Shown: piece after piece, positions 42,354 through 55,963 of the stretch
Layout of the letters: every line of letters starts with the position of its first letter
Numbering within the stretch: position 1 is the stretch's first letter
Source of the DNA: Tubiluchus corallicola
Lineage: Eukaryota > Animalia > Priapulida
Length of the DNA stretch: 64,000 bases
Assembly (NCBI GenBank): GCA_030141605.1
Contig: JAQGDQ010000037.1
Span: 310,001 to 374,000 of the forward strand
Direction of reading: 5' to 3'
Made by a program: the position numbers and the translations under genes
The notes under the pieces: generated by a model
What the model was told of the DNA's origin: nothing
Database searches by the model: none
What the model saw: the letters and a program-made list of their open reading frames with translations, nothing else

Positions 42354-43106
42354 AATGTACCATTTACATGATCAGTTTTTACTCTCAAACAAAAACTGAC
42401 AGTCAAAACAAAAACAGTCAGTCTAAAAACTGATGTGTGTTTAGACGACATCAAACATCACTCTGTCAAACTATAGTAATAACCATTTAGAAAAGGGTGT
42501 CAGTCAAATTATGGCATCAGTATGCAGATGTGCTGTGTTGTCTATATTTGGGCTAGCTTGTACGATTGTAAAAGAAAGAGTTAGAAAAGTTTCGATGAAA
42601 AAATAAGTACAACGAAAAATTGAGAGAGGCAGTTACAGCCTGACTTCAAAGATTTAAACATTGAGGTGTCTGACTATTTATTGCAAGAAGTTCAGTTTCA
42701 CTGACTAACGCTGTATAACTCAACTAACTGTTGCAAATTGTTTAGATGATTGACAGAAAGCAGTACAGCAAAATCAGAATTTCCTTTTTCATTGTCAGCA
42801 AAATCAAAATCTTTTTTGCATTACCACTGTTTCTACTAAGCAGGTTCCAATATCAGCCAACATGCAACAGTACCGATCCATACCACTTGTTGAATTAACA
42901 AAAAAATTTCCCGCGCAAAATAAACAATCGATATAATGTAACGAGAGCGCGATGCTATTTGGCTGTTCAGTCTGAGCTTGTCAGTTTTTGTTTCATGAAT
43001 TCAATGGTTTGATACCATCAAACTTTGTTTGTCAAACAAAAAGCTTTTCAAACTAAAACTGACAAACTAGTTTGACAAAAAAAAACGATCGTTTCAATGG
43101 CTCTTA
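42354..43106. mobile_element. Possible degenerate MITE
   Basis: Imperfect inverted ends (taatgtaccatttacatgatcagttttt versus aaaaacgatcgtttcaatggctctta) and repeated aaactgac/gtcaaac subterminal motifs. Confidence 0.35.
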
Positions 43107-43283
43107 GGACATCTTGTTTGAAATAAATTACCAAAATAAATAACCAAGCACCAAAATGCAAGAATTAGAAGAATATAAAAGCAGTAACAATCATAGTTAA
43201 GTACCAGTAAAAAATCTCACAGCAATAACAATGTTTTAATGTAAATAAAACTCAGTATCAAGTTTATTGCATAGATTTCCACA

Positions 43284-44250
43284 CTAAAGACCATTCTCTT
43301 GAATAACTTGTTCACTGGAAATGTTAAGACCTGTTACCTTCGTTGTTTTTTCAATTTGGCCAATGCACATATCGTTCACACCATCCTCAGCAACTAACTC
43401 ATTAGCAGGATCGCAGTTTACCAATTTCTCTGTTGTTTTAAGACGATCTTCCACGTTGTTTCCGTCTTCATTCATCTGTCTTGAAGATGTGCTTTGTGCA
43501 TTTTTTAGAATTGTACTTGTTTCACTTGTTGTAGGTGTGGCTGGCTCACTTTCTCTTAGTTCTTCACTGCGTGTTCCTGTTTCTAATTTCGGTGTGTCCA
43601 TTTCAGAAGCAGGTGCCTTGACATAAGTTGTTGACAAGAGAAGGTTTACCTGGCAAAAATATTTATTTTTCTTATTTCATTATTTTCTGAAGAATTTTTA
43701 TTAAATTATTACTATTTACAAGTCTCATTTGCACAATTTACACAGTTTGTGAAAATGTGATTCACAATATTACACAAAAAGATTACAAATAAAATGTTAC
43801 ACATTTCCTATTGGAAGTATAGGTTACATATTTGAAAATTACGTTACTTCTGAAATCTAACTACTGATATTATTAGAATTCATGAATTTGTTAAAATTTA
43901 AGGTATTAAAAACTCTGAAAATTTTAAATTAAATTTGTCAGTTGACAGGGTTACACCTGTACCATTTTGATCTTACTATAAACCAAAATTTTACCTGTTC
44001 CATTGAAGGGCATCCTATAATCTGACGCTCCTCCTCACTATAATTGTCTTTTGTAAAATTTACCAGCTCTTGAAAGTTATGTTGAACACTCAGCTAAAAA
44101 GACAGCAATAAAATACAAATATATAGAAATAGTTAACTGTTTTCCATATCATTTCAAAAACTTGAAAATAACATTACAGTTTGTTTAAAGTACTGGAGGT
44201 TAATAGACGCTTCTGGAAATACAAGTCTAGTTAAAATGTGTCTAACAGTT

Positions 44251-44286
<36 letters not shown>

Positions 44287-46615
44287 TAATAATAATAATA
44301 TGTATTTTGTATAGCTTCTATATCTATAGACAGCACTACTGACAATGCTCAAAAATGTTTCACAAAAATATCTAAAATCATCATGACAGACTTAAAAAGC
44401 TTACAAGATTAAGCAGCAAGTGCACTAAATTTCATAAAATTACAATGCTCAAAAGTTGTCCTGATGCAGATAGGTAAAGTGTTGAAACTTGGATGTAAGG
44501 GTAATAAACCTAGGAGCCGAATTTTGTAAATACTGAAGTTGTCGGTAGGAACATTTAAGAATAAGCTATTCTACTGGTTATCAATGACTGGACTAATGTT
44601 TTTGTAGTAGCTTGGTTTAATCATTTACGTATTTGACTTGTTATATAATGTTGGTAATAACCAGTTAACATATTTTAGAAATTTGATTATTATGATATAT
44701 TTAGAAATTATGTGCTGAATATTGATAATTACACAGTTTTCGTACATAGCAAAATATTTCTCACCTTTACTGGTCGAAACAAAATAAATTCGGTGTCTTT
44801 GTTAGCCAGGTATAGGTTCATGCTCCGTTGTAGTTGTGGCAATTTGGTTTTTAGGGTCCTGTAAGCCAGTGCGGCTGTTTCCTGCATCTTCCCTGTGGTG
44901 GTAAATGGTTGGTCTCGCATGTTGATGTTTTTGTTTCCCTCAGTATTCAACTTCGTTATCACATTCGCCTAAATTACAGCATAACAACAATATAACGAAA
45001 CAAAATAGAAGTAGCTATGCTTTGTTAATCAACAATAAATCAAAATAAAAACACAAGTAACGAGAGATTATTTACTCAACACAGTAAATAAGATTTTTCC
45101 AAACCAGTTCAGAATGAGAAGCATTGGCTTACTTTCTTGTTGTTTTTTTTGTCCAACTGTCTGGATACACTTTTAGAAAACCATTTAGCATTGCCATAGA
45201 ATCTGATTTACAGGAAAAATTTAGAATACAAATTTACTCAATTGTGACGTCAAAAATACGTAACTGGTTAAAAACTTTTTACAAGAACAATAAGAACAAC
45301 GAGACGAGCACCACAGCAAAGCAGATCTTTTAAAAATTTACATCGCAAAAAAGTAACCCAAAAAAATCTGTTAATTTTTGTTGAATATAAAATTTACCCA
45401 TTCTACAACACTTTGTGACTGAAACAGTGCAACAAAAACATTTCTGTTCATTCCACAATGCAACTTTACCTTAGAAAGAAATGCTTTGACAGGCTCCACT
45501 AAGGAATCAGCTGATTCATGTATAAATTCCTCACAAGCTTTTTTCAGTTGCATGTCGACATCTCGTTTGCTGTCTATAAAAGTTTCCATCACTTGTGGAG
45601 TGCCCTAATATTAACGGAAAAGACAAATCACTTAGCATCATGGGTTTATTTTAATGTTGTCACTAAAACTATCACTATCACTATAAGAGATTTTTAACTC
45701 CTTCAGGACCGTAATCATTTGGTGCATTTTGCGTGGGTTCATAAAAAACTGCTCTCACTGAGCAGCGCTTACGTTATATTTCATAATGTTTGTAGGTTTC
45801 TACTCCTCACACAACGGATATTCATGCAAAACTATATATGAAATGCATTTGCTTACCTTAGACAAATTAAACATCGATTTTTGATGAATCAATGACAATC
45901 AATTAAGTAAAGTGTTGTCCAGTAAGAATTACACATACACTATGTTATTATTTATGTTAAACGTAAAAATTAAAGAATTACTTCCAGAATTTGGCACCTC
46001 CCAAATTTGGCGTTCTAGGTAACTGCCCAGTTTGCCTAATGGACATCCAGCTCTGTTTGCAATGTCATACTTACAGTGCACTTTTAGCATAGTTCAACAC
46101 TTATGACTTACAATAAAGGTAAATAATGTGTGCAATGCAATGAAACACGTACCTCCAGTATGAATTCCAAAAGAGCATTGTTTGAATTTAAAACAAAAAG
46201 TTTCGTCTTTCGCTGTAGCAATCCAAATGCAGCATCTACATAAATGCCACCAAAAAAATAATGATAATAAATTCACATGTTATCTCTAATATTAGTGATA
46301 CGTATGAACTACAATACACAAATGACTGAATGACTGGCTGATTGAATGATTGTTTGAGCCGCAGAATGAAAGTTTGTCTGTTCGACAATTAATGTGCTGA
46401 AATGCCAGACATCTATCATTTACAGTACTTGATAAATCTTGTTCGTTTTCTGTTTACAACACAATTATGGTTTCATAAAATAACATTTTCCTGACCTGCA
46501 TTTAGGATACTGAGTTAATTGTCTTATTTCACCAATGTAATCTATCGCCACTAATCAAGTTCAGCATGCCAGAAACATTCAATTGAATTTTCCTGATCTA
46601 TGTTGGTCACTAATG

Positions 46616-46648
<33 letters not shown>

Positions 46649-49600
46649 TCATTGCCATATAACTAAAAAGTACATTCACATAATTTTTATTACATGAATT
46701 ATGAGAGTAAAAATGACTAAAATTGTAATGCCAAGGCATTTTCCTCTTGAAAGATAACATTTTCTTTGGCAGAAGTAGAGTAAACTATGCATGACTTGGA
46801 TCATTAGTGATCCAACATAGATTAGAACAATTCAATTCAATGTTTCTGGCATTCTGAACTTGAGTAATGGAAATAAATTACACTGGTGAAATAAGACATT
46901 AACCCAGTATCCTAAATGCAGGTCAGGAAAATATTATTTTATGAAACCATAATTGTGTTGTAAAGAGACAACGAATATGATTTATCAAGTACTGCAATGG
47001 TAGATATACTGTAAATTACGCATGCACACACGCACGCACGCACACACACACTCGATCTATACATTGAATATTGACTATGAATCTTATACTGATTAATAAT
47101 ACCTCCTAAAATAACAATAGGTATGTGAAAAAGAATTACCTTTTAGTTTGCTAAAATCTAACGACATCTCTTTCACTGCATAATCAACATGAAAAGGTGA
47201 TATCTGTTCTCTCAGTATCAATAAGTGCTTGATAAGAAATAAATGCCCATCCGTCACAGACTAAAGTAAAAAAAACATAGATTATAGGCAGAAAAATCTG
47301 ACCACATCTATGAAAAATAGTGGTACGAGTAAATAATGATGTATGAATAAACAAAGACATTTTAACGAAATTACTGTGTAGTATGCACTGTCTCCAAGTA
47401 AGATCTTCATATAAGCGTAGTGCACAATGTCGTAAAAATTGTGGCTTTTGTCTATTCTCAAACTCTGCTTTTCTTATACCCTATTTTAGTTGTCAAACAA
47501 ATTAGCTGCCACAAATCCTATCCCCATTCAACACTACTGGATTATCACTTTATTCATATTTTAGCTATAATAACAGTCACACTCTGACACAATTTATTTC
47601 TTACAATATAGTCACAAGTTAGAAGTGCAATTTTCCTAATGCTGTCCACTTAAAATTGGCAAAATCACTAACTTGGCAATGTGGTGAAAAATATCTGAAT
47701 TATAAAAACATGGACAATATTTTCCTCAAAACACCAATATATATTCAGTAGTTAATTGATACCTTCTTTTTTGATATCCGCTCAGATGCCAACACAAGTG
47801 ATTGTATGCACACACGTAGAACCTCATGCGACAGACTTTGAAATATTGATTTCTGAAGACAAAACACAAAAAATAAAACACTAAGAGGCAAGTGTTACAC
47901 ACAAATTGCAACAGCATGAGTGATGTCAAACTAAATGATGCAGTTCAATTTTCACACTGATGTACAATTCCTAATTTAATATACAGGCTATAAGACGGTT
48001 TTAAATGTAAAACTTAGAAACTTATTCAAAGTAACATGACCAAAAGCAAATTATACTTTAATTTCTTAGTAATGGGTATAAGTATTAATTCCATTCTTAT
48101 AACATTTGATCTGCAAAATTTAAAATAACGCACTCTTGGTTTATTATAACACACGGATTTAAGACCTCTAGATATCGGTTTCTTTGTGAATTCTAAATAA
48201 AGCAAAATCTACACCTTTTGTAATTACCAGGTAATACTGACGTTCAACTCCTCAGTTTTAAAATTTGCCAGAAACATTCCATGACAGACAGATGTGAACA
48301 AAAATTTTGCAGAAGTAAAAAATACTCATCTAAATTCAATTAAGAAACAGACTATGCAAAAACCTTCAATTTTAGTGTTGAAAATAGTTAAAATTTCTTG
48401 ACTCGGTCCATATTTTGTAAATCTGTAGGTTAATATAACGAGATGAAAAAGACACTCACATCAAGACATCGATACAGTTTAGAAAGACAAACAAGAGTTC
48501 TTCGTACAGTAGGATACCACATGCCATGCAAATCTGCCGGGCTTAATGGAGCATTCACGTTAACAGCCGAATCTGAAAATTATAAATGATCCAATGATAT
48601 ATGCTCATTGCCGATTTTAAAATTTAGATATAGTAAACATAATGCCTGCCTATAGAATGTTAAAAATAACTAGACTAGTCAAACAATTTTTTAGTATTTT
48701 CATCTTACATATTTAATGTACTTCTTCTAATTAATCACAACTCGTAAATCAATGTTAGAGTGCACTTGTCCTGCACTCATTTAGTTCACTTTTCATTTCA
48801 TAAGAAAAATTTTGAAAAATGGCACCACTGCCATTTAAAAATTCAACGGGTATTTTAATAACCATGTTTGGTCAGCAGCTCTAACATTCTTAATTTTTGT
48901 TAGCAGTTGAACTTAAAGTTGACTATAATTAACTATTATTGAAATAATGAAAGTAGTAAATTATCACAACAGTCTCTTTGACTAAATTGGTTAAAGAATC
49001 TCTTAAAAGTGGACACTTTTAACTATAAAAATTATGCACTTTGCTCTGACATTTCTTCATTCATTTTACCTGGATCACAACCTAACCAACTAAAAAATAT
49101 AACTAAATTCTTTATATATGCTCAGCATTTTAAAATTTTACATAGTAAGTATGTACCTGATAGCGTGGCGCTAGTTTGGGAGGTACTCATACCATTTGCT
49201 GGTTCAGTTCGGCTATTATTCCTGCTATGTGTGTTTGATGCACCGACATCTAAGCTGGTGCTAGATGATAATGAAGATGTGGAACCTTGACGACTCAATG
49301 TTTTCGGCCTTTTTAAACTAGCTGCTATGCTCTGTAAATATTTAAAAAACATTATAACGTAGTCAACGCTAGTGTGTAGTTTAATCCATTTAATATAATA
49401 TATATCTCACTCCAGCCACTTTGAGTTCATATAGGCCGTAATTTAGAACAAATAATAGGTGAAGGACACAATGCTTTGACGACAATTGTATACGTATCCA
49501 AAAAAATGTAAGCGAAAACATATCCAAAGCACTGGAACAAGAATAGTTTCACAACAAAAACAGAACAAACTAACACTTGTTTAGCTAATCTTGCAATCCT

Positions 49601-52600
49601 CTGAAGCCTAGTGGCCAAGTGTATATTCATTGTGATGAAATTTAAGTAATGCCCGTCAGTGAATGGATAGGTGACCGCCTTCAGTGACACGCCTATCTTT
49701 AGGAGCGATATACCGATTTTCCCTTTTAGTTTAAACAATATTTTTACTTGACAAGAAATATTACAATCACAAGTACATTTATAATTAAGTACAATGGATA
49801 ATTAATCAAATGCTAATTGGCTAACAGATATAACCTATATAAAAAAGCCTTTCGGATTCTCACTTTTACCTCATAGAGGAAAGATGTATGTACATCTGAA
49901 ACTTGTTAAAGCACCTATGCTTCAGTGGGTCATCTTAGATGCTTAGCTTTCATAATGAGCCAGTCTCCAATCTCGCCATATACATCAACACTGAGTATAC
50001 TCTACTATCGAATCTTGATTCTGGCTTGCAACTTGCGAAGTTGCAAGAAATGGCAATTGTACTAGCATGTTCGTTAAAAATACATTCTGCAGCAAATCAG
50101 AAGTGATCAATAATATTGCAAAAAATAAAATGTACTTTTTAAGTTTGGGACCTTAAAACCTTTGTTTTTTTAAGCTAACAAATATATTTGCATGCATTAA
50201 GATTTTTACCTCCATCATTTCTAGTTTATCTGGATAAGCAAGGTCTCCATCAGCAGGGTTGTATTGTAGTATATCTGTCCGTATGTAAATGTGGGTTCGG
50301 TAAACTAACCTTTCTTGGACGTCTTCTAGCAATTGCTTTGCTACAACAGCGAATGCTTGCAGTTCTGCAGCTAAAGTAAAGAATGCAGGAAAATTAGGAG
50401 GATAAGAACGCCTATACAATAATACATTCAACTTAGTGTAAATGTACGACAGCTTGATTCCATGAAAATATAAAACTATAGAGAAATTAATGTTTTTCCA
50501 ATGAAAAAAGGTCACCATATACGTGCAGTTTTTTAGGTGAATGCAATGTATGATCACATAACTGTTTTTTTGGAAATCTGCATACCACAACTACGAAATG
50601 CCAAGATTTGAAAACATAAATAAATGCCATTAAGGAGAATTTAAAAAAATGTAATGTACTGACAAGAAATGTAATAATAAAGATATCCTATGGTTGGTAA
50701 AAAATTAAAAAATAAAACTTTTTACTATATTACACAATTTATGTAACTTTTCATAACTCAGTAAAGCTTACAATATGGTTAGTCAAAAATGTAAGCACAA
50801 AAGCTTTAGAGAATATGGATGCAGACAATGAATGGAAATTGAAAACTTTTCTCAAATTAGCTGGCAACTAACAATATCATTAATTAGTTATACGACTGTG
50901 ATTGCCAGTGTTTATAAACCATTGCGGTTTATTTTTAACAACGTGACCCATTGCGGGTAATGAGTTGGAGAAAGACAGGTGACACTGACAAATTGTGGTC
51001 TAGTCGGGATTTGAACACAAGACCAGGGTTTATAAAAACTCTGGCAATGGCAGTCACAATCTAACAAATTAAGGAAACTGAAAACTTACGATTATTTTGT
51101 ACATGTTCTTCCAGCATCTCAACCTGTAAAGTCAAAATTTCCTTACAATGAAATTAGCAAAATCATTACAATATAAATTCTCACAATAAGCAAAGTGTCT
51201 AAACATCAGTAAGATAGATATTAACGAAAAGCAATTATACCTTCAATTTTATACACATGTAGTTCTATGAAAAAGTAAAACTAGTATGACTTACATTTAA
51301 CAAGAAATTCTAGTGGAAGGTAAATTATAGATTGCAAGGCGGAATTTTGGCAAACGTTACATGACGTTACATTAAACGCTGCATTACTATTGCAAATACA
51401 GATTTACTAAACATCTGTTTAAAAACTTGCAAAAATAACGACGATGAAAATCTTGTTAAGATGAATTACGCACCTTTAGTATACTGCACAGTTCAGCCAA
51501 CGTTTCTAGATGCATGATGTGTATAATAAATGGTCTGAGGACATCGTACAAACTAGAACATAGCTTTTCTAAAAATTGACTGAAAAATAAAAGATCTTAT
51601 TCAACCTCATTAAATACAAAGCACGGATAAAATTGGACATGGTTAAGTATAAAGATTTCCTAATATACTTAGGACAAGGACACAGGCTTTGAAACAGGAA
51701 TCTTGATTCCTGATGTAATAATCATTGCGGTAAAATGGCAAAGCTGCTTGTCATTATGCCAAAATAAATGCTACAATTAGTCCTTAAAAAAGAAAACTCT
51801 TGTTGAATATAGTTATTGTACCACCTAATGATAAATAAAATAAATGCAAAAAACATTAGATAAATAGTTCTGCATTTCTAAATATTAGTATCACTAACAT
51901 AGGATGCTTAGTATTTAGCACCACAGTGCCTGAAATGGTGATTGTAGGGCCTCAGATTTTCCGCGATCGCGGAAAACAGACGGAATTCATGGAAATGGGC
52001 AACTAAAATGGAAATAGCTACTTAAAACGGAAATGGTCTGATTCTCGATTTGTTGTAAATTTAATGCATACTAGAGACGAAATTACTTTCCAGCAAATTC
52101 AAGCAGTTTTGTCAGGTTTTTGAAGGTCTTGCTAGAAGCTTTCCCTCGATATTTACTTTTAATGCAATTTGCACAACCACAAAGTCTCTTCTCCGTTTGT
52201 TTCTGCATTTGCCACGAGAAATACGGAAATCTTTAACTTGAGCTTGTAGCGAATGGAAAACACGAGCGTGAAAAGGTCCCACTTTCAAACAGCACGTGGA
52301 TATGGCTTCGAAGTTCTATAATTATATTTATTCTTAAAACTCATTTGAATTTTATTCCTTTAACTAGTTAAGTCTATTTAGTTGTTTTAAAATGGGCGAT
52401 GAACGTGGTATGGTGCGAAAGAAAACAAAACGATCTGCGCCAGTTGTGCGTGTTACAGCTGTGGAAATACTATACTATGTTATACTATAATAGCAATGTA
52501 GAAGACAGGTTCCATGCAAAATAAATGTTTAAAAAATGCAAATTAAATGTTGGTGTTCTTATGTACATGTAAAGTCACAAAAATATCTGATAGACTATAT

Positions 52601-55600
52601 GCTTAATTCATATTAATTTTTTATTTACAATCTACCATATATTACATAATTTGATGACAAATATTAACTATAAGAGCATCCTAACTTCAAATTTCTGTGA
52701 AATGGAATTTGGTCAGTTTTGAAACGGAAAATCCGAAGCCCTATGATTGCATGGGATCTTACAAAAATGTAACGAAAAATTAGTAACAGCATTCAAGGAA
52801 AATGGAAGTTAAGCTTTAAGGTAGATGAACTTGCTTATGAAGGTGAAGTACCTTGCTAAATGATTATCCAACATCATATGCCCGCATAAACGTATATTAC
52901 AGTATACAAGACAAATATTGTATGAAAAAGATAGCTGAGTGGTTATGATATGTTTGTCTGCAAAGGCTAAGCAGCGTTAAAACTGATTAGAAAATGCTTG
53001 GGTAGCCAGCATAACAAATGTTATTGGATGGTATCACCTGCTTTTATGCTTCCCACCTTTTTCTTTTATCGAGGGAGGATGCATTGACATCTGAAAATGA
53101 TTAACACATCTCTGGCAGTTTAGCATCTCATCTTAAAGGATTATCCCTGAAGATGAGTCAAATTCCAGTCCTGCACAGCCATTCAACATTAAAATATGTC
53201 TCGCCATTGAAGTGCTAAACTCACTGCACTGCTATGAACAGTAAAAAAGAAATCCAGCAAGTTCTACGCCAACATTAATTACCAACTTAATAAGCCTTTT
53301 CACAGTTCTAGCGATCAGTGATGATCGTGAAAAGGTCAAAGATTAAGTGAACCAGACAATGTGTTTGTGTACACTTGAGAACGCCTCACAGCCCACGCTA
53401 TTGTAATACTAACAGTTTTAAGAGTAAGGCCAGAACCTTACATAGTTCATTTTTTCTTGTTATCAAGCAAGATCCTGCTAGTAAATCATTCTATGCACAT
53501 ACTAATGCATAATTAAGTAAAGTCCACGTAAAACAACAAAATGGTGTCGTAATTGAAGTTACTGAACTGATGCGGCAAACAGCTTCGATTTTACACACAG
53601 ACAGTTGTAGTTAAGACACATTGCTGTTGTACATTTAACATTTGACCTACAGCAACTGAGCGTGCGTATAACGAAACTGTGAAAAGGCCTATTAATGTGA
53701 CTTACTCTAACTGTGTCCCAGATTTTGAAAAAAAATGATAGTACAATTGATGTTCATCCTCGCAGACATGGACTAGAAATGCACAGCCACTTCTTACCTA
53801 AAATAAACAACACTCTTGTATATTCAGTGATTCTCATTAGAATCTCTTTCATGATTCTTGAAAACAAGTGGTGTAGTGAATTTATACAATGATCCAAAAT
53901 GCTGAAAACGTTGACTAGCAAAGTCGAAAAGTTTCATAATTTTAGATAGAATTCATAAATTAATACTAAGTAAGGAAACAAAATGATAAAAAGTATTTTG
54001 TCGTCAGCTTGATAGCATTCACAAAAAACATTCGGATGTAATTTGTGAATCAATAAGATGGTTAAAAAACTGAGCGAGGAAGAACTTCGTAAATAAGAGG
54101 AATTCAAAAACATTACGATAAGTTTTGCTGAAATAGCACAGAGAAAAAAGTGGTTTTAAAATATTGTTCTCCAAACACAGCTAAATATACAACCATCCAG
54201 GTTAGTACCAGAGCGCAATGATCACGTTGATGCTTTGCAGCTAAATCTGTTATCGTAGCTTGCACACTAGGCCACATCAAAACCTCCCTCTGGTAGAAGT
54301 AACACTGGTGACAATCACTCAGAATTTGTTGGTATCTAATAAACAAGTTACAAAGGCATACAATTAATGCATGAGAAAAGCAAAAAGAAATTATTATTAT
54401 CATATTCCTGTTATGTATATTAGATACACTAGGCACGAGGAATTCCAAAAAAATATGCCATCAAACCAAGTAAATACAGTAGTTAATCCAGCAAAAAGCT
54501 AGACAGTCCTGCACAGGTACTTGACTTCCGATCTTAGCAAAGTCATTTTATAATTTATTCAGCTTTACTACTTACAGCCAACTACAATGCTTTTCCTAGC
54601 TATGTAATTCTTATGACCCTTATGCAAACTCTATGCAATTTTTATTTCTAATAATTTAATCTTTGTTTCAGTTCAAAAAAAAATCTTCATGCGCCAAAAC
54701 GTTCTCTAATCCATCCAAAAGCTATTGCAGTAGCCTCGCTATTGATCAAAATTATTTCACCTAAAAATTTTTTGATGTGTACAAAACAGTAACTCTAACA
54801 CTCATGCAATACCACATCCAATATAAATAGAGTTTGTCAAATTAATGAGATTTCATCAGCTAAATTTATGATAACAACCCATTTTATTCGCAATAAGTGC
54901 AAAAATACAAAATGGATAAGTGACACAAATCTGTTCAGTTTGTTACAAATCAACACAAAAGCTCAAGTTATAGGAACCACAAAGATGACAATGTTTGACG
55001 ATAATTTTGGTATTTATAAGCCAAAAGTACCACGAGTTAATAGCAGTTAACAAATTTAGCAAATACTAAACTATTCGGTAAAACTGTTGTTCTATAATAT
55101 ATATGTTATAGAACTAATTGTAAACAGTAAAATTAGTGAGAGCTGGAAATATCTGCAAATTTTGAGAGAAACACCAGACACTAAAATTTCCAAGTGCATA
55201 AATTACATTAGTACTGAATTTTGCAGCAGCATGTCAGCTTTGCTTAATGGTAGGCCTTGAATTTGCAAAACTGGTATCTGGGTTTACATGTAGTATTATC
55301 CACCCACTAATGACACAACAGGTGCTGATAAATATGTAGGTTCTTGTATAGCGTATATGCTACTAAATACAGATAATAATGATTAGTAAATAGCACAAGA
55401 CTTGGAAAATGTGCCTTACTATGAAGCGAGGCGATAAATTTCTATCAGTCTTTAATTTACTACATAAAACTGCTGAAATGATGCGTCGCAAAAACGTTAC
55501 TTCTCAAACAAGGCTCAATTCACAAAAATTTAGCTCGCACATTTTTCTAGTTTACATACAAATCTGAATGTATAATTCATCATACTCTGGACTTTTATCG

Positions 55601-55882
55601 AGCCGTTGTTCTATTTGTTCCATCAGCATTTTCACTCTGGGTGCGTTGGTCCGAAATTTTCCATAGAACAGCGTAAACGGATTGTCTGAGAATGTCGATG
55701 TACCCTGCGTCATGGAAAATCACTGTGATAAATCTTAAAAAATACGTAATTCTCTACATTAAATACCTGCTCTCTCGAACAAAACAACACAGTGAGTAAT
55801 CGTTGATATTAGACATGATGTTAGACATGTTCTATTAATGCAGTACACACACAGAACACACGCCCACGCACACGTGTACACA

Positions 55883-55963
<81 letters not shown>

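Noticed and set aside
43321-43626. 101-aa plus-strand ORF
   Set aside because: Antisense shadow of the COG3 terminal exon
50995-51025. tRNA gene
   Set aside because: Only a B-box-like fragment; no cloverleaf
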